From a virus, in the IMG/VR virus record IMGVR_UViG_3300024329_000007, positions 15,937 through 79,936 of that record: DNA of 64,000 bases. One strand, given 5' to 3'. Below are positions 48,268 through 58,114 of the stretch, in pieces. Made by a program: the position numbers and the translations under genes. Numbering within the stretch: the stretch's first letter is position 1; each line of letters starts with the position of its first letter. A model generated the notes under the pieces. It did not search any database. It was not told the origin of the DNA and saw nothing but the letters and a program-made list of their open reading frames with translations.

Positions 48268-48341
48268 TTATTTTTATATTAAAGGTGTAACATAATATAT
48301 ATCAGCTTTCTTTTCTATTATAGGAGCATTGGCTTCTACAA

Positions 48342-48404
48342 AAAATAATTACCAAATAATTTTTTTATGTCAATTATTTTTATTATATTAGTACTGTAAT
48401 TAAA
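48342..48404 (+). promoter_or_regulatory. 63-nt early promoter cassette, copy 3
   Basis: AAAATAATTACCAAATAATTTTTTTATGTCAATTATTTTTATTATATTAGTACTGTAATTAAA, 11 nt before the ATG at 48416. Confidence 0.75.
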
Positions 48405-48415
48405 AACTAATAGAC

Positions 48416-48634
48416 ATGCAAAACGTAAAAAACTTACTTCAGAATTGGAAACATGATTTAGCACAAGCTGGCGAGTTAATGGGAACCGATCTCGAAACAC
48501 TTGATACTCGAGGGTTTAAAAACTTAGAGTTTCAAATTGAACAACTAGAATCTGCTATTAAAAAAGACGATCAGTCTAAAAGATGGGCAGAACAAGAAAT
48601 GGCAGACTTTAATAATCATTTAGGAAGGTTTTAA
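48416..48634 (+). CDS. Small early hypothetical protein
   Basis: 72-aa ORF directly after the early promoter cassette. Confidence 0.7.
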   Translation: MQNVKNLLQNWKHDLAQAGELMGTDLETLDTRGFKNLEFQIEQLESAIKKDDQSKRWAEQEMADFNNHLGRF

Positions 48635-48654
48635 TTAAACAAGATACATAACAC

Positions 48655-49812
48655 ATGAACTTACATAACTTCGCAGATTTTAAACTTTTAACAGAGGCTA
48701 AGAATTCACTTAAGATGAATGTGCCTTCTGATATATTAGATCTACATAAACTATTTAAAAAGAATGGTAAAGAACTTTTTATAGTTGGTGGTGCAGTTCG
48801 AGATGCACTGCTTGGTAAGAAGCCAAAAGATTTTGATTTAGCAACAGATGCCTTCCCGGCAGAAGTTATTGAAATAGTTACTAATGCAGGTTACACAACC
48901 ACTGGAGAAGTTGGACATCAATTTGGTGTGGTTATTGTAAATGTACCGTCAGATCCAGCTGGAGTTGAGGTTGCAACATTTAGAGAAGATATTGGTAAAG
49001 GCCGAAGACCTGATGCCGTGGAGTACTCTACAATAGATAAGGACGTTCTAAGGCGAGATCTAACTATCAATGCATTATTCTATGACATGGGAACTGAAGA
49101 GGTTGTCGATCTTGTAGGTGGCTTAGAAGATATAAAGAATTCAAAGATTAGAACTGTCGGTGTTGCTGCAGATAGATTTGCAGAAGATCCACTTAGAAAA
49201 TTAAGAGCCTTAAGATTTGCTGGTAGAACTGGAAGTAAATTAGAAAAAGAAACTGCTGAAGCTATACTAACAGATAATAGTTTAGAAGGTATTAGTCCAG
49301 AAAGAATTAGAGATGAATTTAAGAAATCAGTAACGACTGCAAAGTCTGCTAAGAAATACTTGGAAATGGTTTCTGAATTTAAGTTATGGAATATTATGTT
49401 TCCGACATTACCTATTAGTCAAAAATTCGTTAACACAAATACTTGGTTAATTCAACTAACTCAATTATTTATGGCAAACGATACAGATCTTCTTAAGAAA
49501 GAAATGAATAAGGCTACATTTTCAAACGATGAAATTAGTGGAGTTATATTCTTAAAGAACTTAATGGCATTTAATCCAGCCAATGTGTTTGATACACATA
49601 AGCAATTTAAAAATAGCGGACTTGATAAAAAGGTTATTTTAGAATTTGTAAAGATTAATAGACTAGATGCTAAAATGATTAAAGCCTTTTTTAAATACAA
49701 GCCATCTACAAATGGTAGAGATGTTATGAAAGAGTTTGGTTTAAAAGGACCTGCAATATCTGATAAAATCAATCAAATAGAGGCTGATAAATTTAAAAAA
49801 CTTTTAAAGTAA
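48655..49812 (+). CDS. cca: Class II tRNA nucleotidyltransferase (CCA-adding enzyme)
   Basis: VGGAVRD..KDFDLAT, flexible loop REDIGKGRRPD, RRDLTINA, EDPLR templating motif; no poly(A)-polymerase G(R/K)(R/K)F signature and no HD domain. Confidence 0.88.
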   Translation: MNLHNFADFKLLTEAKNSLKMNVPSDILDLHKLFKKNGKELFIVGGAVRDALLGKKPKDFDLATDAFPAEVIEIVTNAGYTTTGEVGHQFGVVIVNVPSDPAGVEVATFREDIGKGRRPDAVEYSTIDKDVLRRDLTINALFYDMGTEEVVDLVGGLEDIKNSKIRTVGVAADRFAEDPLRKLRALRFAGRTGSKLEKETAEAILTDNSLEGISPERIRDEFKKSVTTAKSAKKYLEMVSEFKLWNIMFPTLPISQKFVNTNTWLIQLTQLFMANDTDLLKKEMNKATFSNDEISGVIFLKNLMAFNPANVFDTHKQFKNSGLDKKVILEFVKINRLDAKMIKAFFKYKPSTNGRDVMKEFGLKGPAISDKINQIEADKFKKLLK

Positions 49813-49815
49813 GCT

Positions 49816-51609
49816 TTAAAACGCAATTGGCACAAAACCAATCATTGGCACAAAAGGAACTGTCGGAACTGGAATACCTCCAAAATACAATAGTTTAAAC
49901 TCTAACAAATGAAGTGCATAAACTGCTGCCAATGCAGTTGCTACTGTTAATGCCGGAGGTTGAGTTGCCGGTACCTTATCAAAACTTTTCCCACTATTTA
50001 ACGCACGCCTAAGACCTTTAGCTAACCTGGTTTTACTTCCATAATATATTGGAACATAAAATCCATTTAACGGCGGAACACTTAATGCTGGTGGCATAGG
50101 TGGGGAAGTTTTAAAAGGTTGTATTATATGTAAATACCAAAATGTAATCGTGGCCTCTGCTAATTCTTCATAAGGGTCACCAGAAGGATATTGATACGGA
50201 ATATCTGGAAGCTCTTCATTAGCATCACATTCTTCTGCTGCTTCTTTAGCATCAATGCCACTTTGTACTACAAATTTATATTGAGTCCCAGCATCCGGAT
50301 GTGTTACTTTAGGTTCTAAAGTTTCAATTGTATCACTAGAACTTACTGGTGGCAGACCGTTCCATTTTTTCTTATATTCAAATTCTAAGTAAACATTTTT
50401 TGAATACTGTTTTGCTGCATTTGAGTTATAACTTGCATTGCTACTATTATTTTTATATGAATACCAAATATTGTAGTTTGCGTAAATCCCAGAGAGCTCG
50501 TATGTAGTAGTTCTTTTAATAGCAGGATTATAAGAGAAGAAACAAATTACATTTCTGTGTAGCAACACAGGCACCCCTGTCTTTTCTTCAGCTCCAACTT
50601 GTATTCTATATTTAGAAAGAGGACACTCTTCTTTTACATCAGGATCGTATGGCCATGGAACTATTATCTCACCACGCAGGCCTGCTTCTAACCTTCCGCT
50701 AATATCTGAATTTAAATTTAAAATACCATTATTATTAGTCTCATATTCTGGATATGCAACATGAATAGCATCAATAAATAATTGAGATATATTGTCTATC
50801 ATTTCAAATGCATTATATCCAGCATCTTCTATTCTACGCTTAACATCTGCATTTACATTCCAATATGGATAGTCACCTTCCGACTTAGACTGAAAATCAG
50901 GTGCGAAAAAATTTCTATGCGTTTTCTTATATAAAATACTACCTAATTTTTCTACCCACTTATAATATTCAATTTTATCTTCTATATCAGAGTAACTTTC
51001 AAACTCTCTAATCATTTTAGTTGCAAAAAGCTTCTCAACTTCTTCTTGTGGTTGACCATCTTCAATACAATGAAATTCGCTAAATAAAAAACTATGTAGA
51101 TCCATATCATCATCGTCTTTATACTTTTCTATAAATGCATTAAATTTCTTTCTTTGCTTTTCAGCCTCTTCCATTTCATTAGGAACTTTTATCGGCTCCG
51201 GGCAAAGATCAGAAAAAGCTTCACTACTCTGTTTACCCTCTTTAATAATATTACCATCTTCGTCCTTGGTGTCCATTAAGTCAACATCACCATCTCGATA
51301 AAGTCTTTCAAATGCCTCTCCGTATGCAAGTATTAATGCTTGGTCTGCTGCACCATTCGGCTGCCTCATGGCACCGACTGGAGTTTGTGCAGTTTTTACA
51401 GCTGCAATATATTCTGCTGCCAAAGCTTCACCCCAATCTCTTCTACCACCTGGAGTTACAAATGGTATATAATCAGGTGTTGCGAAGTTTGGATTAGTGT
51501 CACTACCAATTCTAGGCGGGTCATTAGCAATAGAACCTGGATTTTTAAAAGATTGGCCAGATAATATTTCTGTAACATTAGGTATAAAAGTTCCCCAATT
51601 TGCTGGCAT
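49816..51609 (-). CDS. Baseplate-associated hypothetical protein
   Basis: 597 aa immediately downstream of the gp5-like spike gene; Pro-rich hydrophobic C-terminus. Confidence 0.5.
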   Translation of the reverse strand: MPANWGTFIPNVTEILSGQSFKNPGSIANDPPRIGSDTNPNFATPDYIPFVTPGGRRDWGEALAAEYIAAVKTAQTPVGAMRQPNGAADQALILAYGEAFERLYRDGDVDLMDTKDEDGNIIKEGKQSSEAFSDLCPEPIKVPNEMEEAEKQRKKFNAFIEKYKDDDDMDLHSFLFSEFHCIEDGQPQEEVEKLFATKMIREFESYSDIEDKIEYYKWVEKLGSILYKKTHRNFFAPDFQSKSEGDYPYWNVNADVKRRIEDAGYNAFEMIDNISQLFIDAIHVAYPEYETNNNGILNLNSDISGRLEAGLRGEIIVPWPYDPDVKEECPLSKYRIQVGAEEKTGVPVLLHRNVICFFSYNPAIKRTTTYELSGIYANYNIWYSYKNNSSNASYNSNAAKQYSKNVYLEFEYKKKWNGLPPVSSSDTIETLEPKVTHPDAGTQYKFVVQSGIDAKEAAEECDANEELPDIPYQYPSGDPYEELAEATITFWYLHIIQPFKTSPPMPPALSVPPLNGFYVPIYYGSKTRLAKGLRRALNSGKSFDKVPATQPPALTVATALAAVYALHLLEFKLLYFGGIPVPTVPFVPMIGFVPIAF

Positions 51610-51611
51610 AA

Positions 51612-52328
51612 TTACTTATTTCTTTGTTGATAATCTGGGTGAGTACTTGTAAGTTGTCCAACTATAGTTGGGGTTGGTGGCATCGGAGCACCTGATGGCC
51701 CCACGCCAGTCGGATGAATATGTGTATTATAATCATCTAACCATTTTTGTAACCAATCCTGTAAAGACTGCCCTCTTACAGCAGGTTCTGTTTCATCTGC
51801 ACCTGGCTCACCAGTATTTGATATAAAAATATCACCACAGTCTAAGAACATTTTTGCATCTGTACTTATTTTAATAAAACCTTCTTCATCTATCTGAATC
51901 ATCGGTCGCTCCTTAGCACCAGAGCCACGCGTTATGACAAGGCCATCTTCCGGTGAATGATATATTCTTAAATTTCTTTCAGCGTCATAGACTAGACTTA
52001 TGACATCATAAGGTGCGTCTGATGCATTAAGAATATCTTCTTTTAATTCTACATTTTGATCTACTTGAAACCAGTATTCTGGGTGATATATGTTGCCATT
52101 ATCAAATCTAACTGCAACAATATCGCCAACTCTTGGAACAGCGTGAGCCCCGGGAGTTTCTCTGTTTTGTGGAGTTGCCCATGGAATAGCTTCATCTGGA
52201 AGCTGATCAAATTTACCATAAACCTTTACTCGACATCTGCCATCATTAAGCGGGTCCTCATTAATAACAACCTCACCTAGCCAATGTCCATCTCTAAGAT
52301 TATCTACAAAAAGTTCGTCCTTATTCAT
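51612..52328 (-). CDS. Baseplate central spike (gp5 OB-fold / gpV-like)
   Basis: WLGEVV..DPL..GRCRVKVYG, PWATP, VPRVGDIVAVRF; C-terminal HIH-PTG metal-binding tip; no lysozyme domain. Confidence 0.85.
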   Translation of the reverse strand: MNKDELFVDNLRDGHWLGEVVINEDPLNDGRCRVKVYGKFDQLPDEAIPWATPQNRETPGAHAVPRVGDIVAVRFDNGNIYHPEYWFQVDQNVELKEDILNASDAPYDVISLVYDAERNLRIYHSPEDGLVITRGSGAKERPMIQIDEEGFIKISTDAKMFLDCGDIFISNTGEPGADETEPAVRGQSLQDWLQKWLDDYNTHIHPTGVGPSGAPMPPTPTIVGQLTSTHPDYQQRNK

Positions 52329-53712
52329 GTACGTTATCGTTTAAGTTACCATCTGGTGTTGAGTCTACTCCAGTATCTACACCACCATATACATTATCAT
52401 TAGATATATCATCATTATCTCCTGGTGAATCATCATAAACCTTCTTAGGAGAAATATTACCATCCGGAGAGCTGTCAATTCCAGGGCCATCATAAATACT
52501 TGATAAATCACCACCAACTCCACCTGAATTACCTGATCCTGTTAAATTACCGGCTAATTGTCCAGCTGCATTAAGAATACCATTAATACTTCCTTGTTGA
52601 ATTGCTCCCGCGATTGTACTTAAAGTACTTACACCATAAACATTATCTAACAATACTGAACCTACTACATTATCTATAGCATTATTTACAATACTTGCAG
52701 CAGCCCCTCCTAATATTTTACCATTTGCATTACCAAGACCTGGGCCTCCAGTAACACCTTGTGCTAAATTTTTAAATTGTGCAACAGTACCACCAATTGC
52801 TTTATCTTTAAGCTTTGCAAATTTACTTTTAGCAGCCCCTAATATTGGATTTGCTGGGTTATAAGCATCTACTGTCGGATCTTTCTTAGGCTCTATTAAA
52901 ACTTCTTGAGCGACTCCTAAGTTCGAACCCCATCTATATGTAGGTGTTTTTACAGTTTTATAAAAGAATGAAAGTTTTGGTTTTTTTACCTCTGGGTTTT
53001 TTCCTAGACCAGCTAACATATCATTAGTAGAATCCATATCCCAAGTACAATGTCCTAATTGCACATGATAGAATGGTTTTGCACTAGCAGCCATTTCAGT
53101 ATTAATAGATACTGGATCAGTTCCTACAGTACCTTTTGGTAAATTACCAAATAAATCTTTATTTCTAGCAGCGATATCCTGTTGGAATGTTCTAATTTCA
53201 GAAACATATATGTCTATTGAAAACTTTCTTAAATTTTCTGGAATAACTTCTACCCACCTTTGATAATCAAAACAAGCATCTCTATAAAGTCTCATTAAAG
53301 TTAATCCCATTAACTCAACATTCTCTTCTAGACATTCAATCTCTATCTTCTTATCTTTGCCCCAAAATGGATCTTGCATTCCACCGAATTGCATCGTAGT
53401 TTCAAGTCCAGAAATAGATTGCCAAAACCAAGGCATTTCTTTATTAATCTTTATCAATAGTTTTTGAAAATTCTTAAGACTTTCTGCGTATGTTGCTCCA
53501 GGGCCTTTTCCCTCATTATCTGAACCTACATTTACTACATTCTCTAAATAGTCTAATGCTCCACCTGGCTTATTTGTTAAAAGTGGAGAATCACTAACAC
53601 TACCTGTATTAAATACAAGCATGAAGCTTAATAGAGTAGGATCCTCGTTTACTTTACGTATCGTGGTTCCTTTTCTAAAATATTCAATACCTTTTAATTC
53701 TAATTCTGCCAT
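52321..53712 (-). CDS. Tail tube/baseplate junction-like structural protein
   Basis: WFWQSISGLE, LRKFSIDIYVSEIR; lies between hub and spike genes. Confidence 0.45.
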   Translation of the reverse strand: MAELELKGIEYFRKGTTIRKVNEDPTLLSFMLVFNTGSVSDSPLLTNKPGGALDYLENVVNVGSDNEGKGPGATYAESLKNFQKLLIKINKEMPWFWQSISGLETTMQFGGMQDPFWGKDKKIEIECLEENVELMGLTLMRLYRDACFDYQRWVEVIPENLRKFSIDIYVSEIRTFQQDIAARNKDLFGNLPKGTVGTDPVSINTEMAASAKPFYHVQLGHCTWDMDSTNDMLAGLGKNPEVKKPKLSFFYKTVKTPTYRWGSNLGVAQEVLIEPKKDPTVDAYNPANPILGAAKSKFAKLKDKAIGGTVAQFKNLAQGVTGGPGLGNANGKILGGAAASIVNNAIDNVVGSVLLDNVYGVSTLSTIAGAIQQGSINGILNAAGQLAGNLTGSGNSGGVGGDLSSIYDGPGIDSSPDGNISPKKVYDDSPGDNDDISNDNVYGGVDTGVDSTPDGNLNDNVHE

Positions 53713-53737
53713 GGTTTATATATTCTATTTATAAAAT

Positions 53738-55240
53738 TTAAGATTCATTAATATTATTAATTCTGGCCGGCCACTCTCTTCTAAGTAAAGTAACTTCTTG
53801 TCTCATACCTGTGTCTGCCTCGTATATAATATTAATATTTTCTATAACATAGTGACCGCTTAAAAAAGTATCTAACATTTGATTAGGCGCTTCTTCGTTT
53901 GTAATTTCATTAGCATTTGCACCTTCAATTGGCGAAGCATCTAAACCTGCATCTTTTTTAGCATTCTTAAGATTCTTTAACACCTCGACTTTAGTTGGAT
54001 CATAATGATACATTAACACTGGTACTTTTTGGTATTTATAAATTGTAGGGTTAAATTCTTCTAAAGTAATCTTTAGTTTCATTTTTTGCAACTCTACATT
54101 ATTTTGGTGATTATTTAACTCACTAAACAAAGCGTTACTATGAACATTACCTAGACCATCTTCACCGGTATTATGTCTTCCCATATATTTAAACTTTACC
54201 TGCTCTTGAAAATGATCCTCACCTCTTCGGCCCTTGAGTGGCTCATCAGCATCTGGTAAATTTTCAGAAACTTGAGGCTGAATATTAAATTCTGTAAACT
54301 TCTCGTCTGGATTATTATCATCATAATAAGAAATATTACGCTCATATCCATGTTCTAAGCTAACTTGATTAGAATTATTTATAAGTTTATGTTCATAAAT
54401 ATAATTGCTACTACCTCGTTGGTCATTGTGATTAGTTAGTAATAACTTAGCAGGTATATTATCAGTGTTTTCTTCTGTATTTCCACCCTCGGCAATACTT
54501 ACTGGCATTGATGCTAAACTTTCCTGTAAATCTTCTAGACTACTATTCTCAGAATTAAAAACCTTATTGACATCAACAAAGTTTAAATAATAAAATTGAT
54601 CTATATGATATCTTTGAAATGATGTTTCACTTACATAAGAGTTATCTACAATATCTTCAATAAATTGAAATGTTGGAGTATAAGCCTGAACCCTAGGCAT
54701 AGAATCATCAGTTTCTTCTATGTTTGTGGCTAATCCTATTTTAAGATCTCTTGCAATAAGTTCTAAATGATCTAAAGAACTTCCAGACTCAAAGCTTCTA
54801 CAAGCTTCAGAAAAATATTTAGGAATTTTAGCAATACCACTGATTTTTATCATTGGCTCACCATCTTCTGTAGTTGCATTTGTTGAAATAGAAGTTATTT
54901 CAAAATCCATGTGTAGAGTTTTAAACGTATCTACATTTTTTGAATTAATAAATATTGTAACACAGTCACCATCCCTTGGCATAAAATCTAAGGCAAATGC
55001 CTTTGTTCTATCTACAAGATTAAGATTAACTCTAGGTAAAACTTCTGATAAATCTATTGTACATTTTTCAATAGAGTCCATTTGAAATGGAAACTTATTA
55101 ACTTCTATAACCGGAGTTACAGAACCAATAGTTTTACTCTGTCGCTCACCACCATCTTCTTCATCAAATGCATGATAATCTAGTGGGGTTGGATCTATTT
55201 CAGGTTCTACAACCGCTAATATGTGTTGATTTATATCCAT
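53738..55240 (-). CDS. Baseplate hub protein (gp27/gpD-like)
   Basis: C-terminal LSGHYVIENI...QEVTLLRR; position between gp53-like and spike genes. Confidence 0.6.
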   Translation of the reverse strand: MDINQHILAVVEPEIDPTPLDYHAFDEEDGGERQSKTIGSVTPVIEVNKFPFQMDSIEKCTIDLSEVLPRVNLNLVDRTKAFALDFMPRDGDCVTIFINSKNVDTFKTLHMDFEITSISTNATTEDGEPMIKISGIAKIPKYFSEACRSFESGSSLDHLELIARDLKIGLATNIEETDDSMPRVQAYTPTFQFIEDIVDNSYVSETSFQRYHIDQFYYLNFVDVNKVFNSENSSLEDLQESLASMPVSIAEGGNTEENTDNIPAKLLLTNHNDQRGSSNYIYEHKLINNSNQVSLEHGYERNISYYDDNNPDEKFTEFNIQPQVSENLPDADEPLKGRRGEDHFQEQVKFKYMGRHNTGEDGLGNVHSNALFSELNNHQNNVELQKMKLKITLEEFNPTIYKYQKVPVLMYHYDPTKVEVLKNLKNAKKDAGLDASPIEGANANEITNEEAPNQMLDTFLSGHYVIENINIIYEADTGMRQEVTLLRREWPARINNINES

Positions 55241-55248
55241 GTGTTTAT

Positions 55249-56136
55249 TTATTTAGAACAAGGAGAATCTGAATCATCACCCCCGTTAGCATTACCGCCG
55301 CCTTGTGGGCCACTTCCATCACTATTATTATCTCCAGTAGAATCTGCGTTTCCACCATTGCCTCCGTTTCCACCAGCTCCACCAGCTCCACCAGCTCCAC
55401 CTCTACTGTTAATACCATCATTCATAAAAGTTGCATTTCCAGTAGTAGTGTCACTAACATTACCAGTTGCCCAATTAACTCCAGCTGCATAACCTTCGTC
55501 ATATTTGTTTTCAAGGGGGTTATTATTAGAATTATTAGATCCAGATCCCTTTCCATCATTTAGGGCCGCGTCGTCTAATAAATCGATTAGTTCTGTATCA
55601 GAGCCTTTAAATTTTTCTAATGTAGTAGAAGATGTTACTGCCGCAGTTTGAGCCTGCTTACCTAATCTAATACCCTCACCATCAAATTCATAAGTTTTCT
55701 GACCAGAAGGAACTACGTTAGGTGGCAATAACTCGTCTTTACCATATTTCTTTTTAAGACGATCTATTTTAGCCTGATCTTTAGGCGGCAATCTTTTAGT
55801 ATCTATAAATTGATCCTTTACTTTATTGCTAGCCTCTGATAAATTAGGTCTTTCTAATTTATAATATGCAATTTCTTTTTTCGGTATTCTAAGAAGTTCA
55901 CCTTCAATAATACTAAATGGATCTGAAATTCTATTATACTTCAATATAATATCTACCATACGGTGATCTCCATAGTACTTATCAGCAATTAAATCTGGCC
56001 TACCAGTCTCATCTCTATCTACATAATGTAATGTATCTAAAGACTCATCACCGAGAACTCTAAATATCATAGTCGGTTGGACCATTAGAATTTTAGAGCC
56101 TTCTACAATTTTATTTACAATAGTTTTTAAATTCAT
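55249..56136 (-). CDS. Baseplate wedge protein gp53-like (LysM) with Gly/Asn-rich tail
   Basis: GRPDLIADKYYG...ILKYNRISDPF..EGELLRIP. Confidence 0.8.
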   Translation of the reverse strand: MNLKTIVNKIVEGSKILMVQPTMIFRVLGDESLDTLHYVDRDETGRPDLIADKYYGDHRMVDIILKYNRISDPFSIIEGELLRIPKKEIAYYKLERPNLSEASNKVKDQFIDTKRLPPKDQAKIDRLKKKYGKDELLPPNVVPSGQKTYEFDGEGIRLGKQAQTAAVTSSTTLEKFKGSDTELIDLLDDAALNDGKGSGSNNSNNNPLENKYDEGYAAGVNWATGNVSDTTTGNATFMNDGINSRGGAGGAGGAGGNGGNGGNADSTGDNNSDGSGPQGGGNANGGDDSDSPCSK

Positions 56137-56140
56137 AATC

Positions 56141-58060
56141 TTATCCTGAAGACATATCTGATATTCTATTAATCATACCAGGGCTCATTTTTTTATCTTT
56201 ATTACCGTATTGTGATACATCAATAACATCATCAAGGCTTCTAGCACCTTCAACATCTGGTGTTAAGTAGAATCTACCTTTACCAGAATTAAACATACTT
56301 TCAATTTCACCCTTATCTCTAGGTCTAGCAGGTTTTAATTGCACTGTTAATTTCATTTTAGTAGGAAAACCTTCAAATCCAAGAGGCCCTTCAAACGATA
56401 TTTCAGAACTCTCTAGTGCAAGGTTACCACATACCATAATAGGTGACATCGGGTTTCCTATAGTTAAATGCCATTGTCCTGTTGGATCTCCAGTTAAGAA
56501 TGCCGCGGCTGTTTGGGCTCCAGTTGCTCCTGGGCCACCTAATAATTTCATAAGACCACCGCCAATGATATTATCTAATATCTTTGAGTCTCCAAGTGCA
56601 TTTAAAGCTTCACCGAATTTACCTTCAGCAGCAGCTGCACCACTTTTAAAGATTGCACCACCGACATCATCCACACCTGCAGAAAACTTTTTACTTAATC
56701 CAGTAACAATTGATCCTGCAAATCCAGCATAATCCCCACTTTTAAGTAAATCATAATCACCAAATGGTTTTCCAGTAGAACTAGATCCAGTACCTCCTAC
56801 CCATCTTGCTCCACCACCCCAAAACGGCGCGTTGTTATATGTCATTGCAAGTAGATTAGACATCACATCCATAAATGCAACTCTAGGACTTGTATTAGGA
56901 AGTCCCTTTAAATCATAATAAAAATTTAAAGAGAATGATTGTTCAAAATTTAAACCTTGCTCACGAACCAATACATTTTTAATAACATTTAAAGGTCCAT
57001 ATACGTGGTTCGGGTATGTTGCAGACATTGCATCATATCCATCACCTCTAGATTTTTTTCTAGCAGCAGCATCAGCTGAATATCCATTAACACCACTTTC
57101 AATTGCTGATAAAAGACTACTGCCATCAATGGCAGCACCAACCGAACCTCTCTTATTTTGAGCAGATCCACCACTAAGCTCTTGCATCTTAGATTCTTCA
57201 TCTTTCCATTTATACTTATATGCAAACTTAAGTACTTCTTTTAAATCATTACCTAATTCCGGGCTTAACCAAGTTATTGCTCTAGCCAAATCTGGCTGAG
57301 TTATATCTATTGCTTCTGAAGATCCTGTCTTAAAATCTTTAGTATTAATAATATCATCTGGCACTGGATATGCAAATCTTCTTAATGTTATTAAATAATC
57401 ATTAGGAATTTGACCAAAATGCTGAGTTGATAAAAAATCATAATGGTTATAGTTAACACCAAGTGAATCTAAGTTACCAGCATAAGTAATTATTCTATTC
57501 GCAGTAGGATTAATAAGATCATCACTTGTTACTGTTTTATTATAATCATTAAATGTAACATCTTTAGGATCTGATACACCAGGCTGATTTAAATACTTAT
57601 ATAAAGACCATCCATTAAATTTACTTCTAACTGCATCACCTGCAGAAATATCACCTTTATCTTTATCTGGAAATATTTGAGTTTGCTGTACGGTTTTACC
57701 ATAAATACTGTCAGAAGCTGCGGGTTTTTCTGGTGGTTTTGCCGCTGGTACTTCTGGCATTTGAGTTGGTGTGTATGGTGGAACAAACCCTCTAATTTGA
57801 ACTGCCGAAACAGCAACCATAGCAAACATACTAGCCGTTAAGCTGTCGGCGATACCTTCGTTTATTACACGAGCTATTTCAGGATCATTCATTTCTGGAG
57901 CAGCTTTAAAAACTGGAGTTGGAGATGCAAACCCTATTACGTCAGCAACATCATTTTCGACATTACATACTACCTCTGCTCCGGATTCGTCTAGTAGAAT
58001 AGCATCAGTATTACTAAATCCACCTTCTCCATCAAGATATTCTACAAACGTATACGCCAT
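56141..58060 (-). CDS. Tail tube initiator / baseplate protein (gp48/gp54-like)
   Basis: FSLNFYYD, WHLTIGNPMSPIMVCGNL...FPTKMKLTVQLK; first gene after GATATATA at 58083. Confidence 0.55.
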   Translation of the reverse strand: MAYTFVEYLDGEGGFSNTDAILLDESGAEVVCNVENDVADVIGFASPTPVFKAAPEMNDPEIARVINEGIADSLTASMFAMVAVSAVQIRGFVPPYTPTQMPEVPAAKPPEKPAASDSIYGKTVQQTQIFPDKDKGDISAGDAVRSKFNGWSLYKYLNQPGVSDPKDVTFNDYNKTVTSDDLINPTANRIITYAGNLDSLGVNYNHYDFLSTQHFGQIPNDYLITLRRFAYPVPDDIINTKDFKTGSSEAIDITQPDLARAITWLSPELGNDLKEVLKFAYKYKWKDEESKMQELSGGSAQNKRGSVGAAIDGSSLLSAIESGVNGYSADAAARKKSRGDGYDAMSATYPNHVYGPLNVIKNVLVREQGLNFEQSFSLNFYYDLKGLPNTSPRVAFMDVMSNLLAMTYNNAPFWGGGARWVGGTGSSSTGKPFGDYDLLKSGDYAGFAGSIVTGLSKKFSAGVDDVGGAIFKSGAAAAEGKFGEALNALGDSKILDNIIGGGLMKLLGGPGATGAQTAAAFLTGDPTGQWHLTIGNPMSPIMVCGNLALESSEISFEGPLGFEGFPTKMKLTVQLKPARPRDKGEIESMFNSGKGRFYLTPDVEGARSLDDVIDVSQYGNKDKKMSPGMINRISDMSSG

Positions 58061-58114
58061 TTATTATAGTAATTGTTTTTTATATATATCTCAGTATTAT
58101 AATAGGATATTATA

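Noticed and set aside
48655-49812. Poly(A) polymerase assignment
   Set aside because: Lacks the PAP-specific G(R/K)(R/K)F signature (has VGHQFG) and retains the flexible loop and EDxxR typical of CCA-adding enzymes.
55300-55400. ccagctcca tandem repeat as a regulatory element
   Set aside because: Encodes the GGAGGAGGAGG low-complexity tail of the gp53-like protein.
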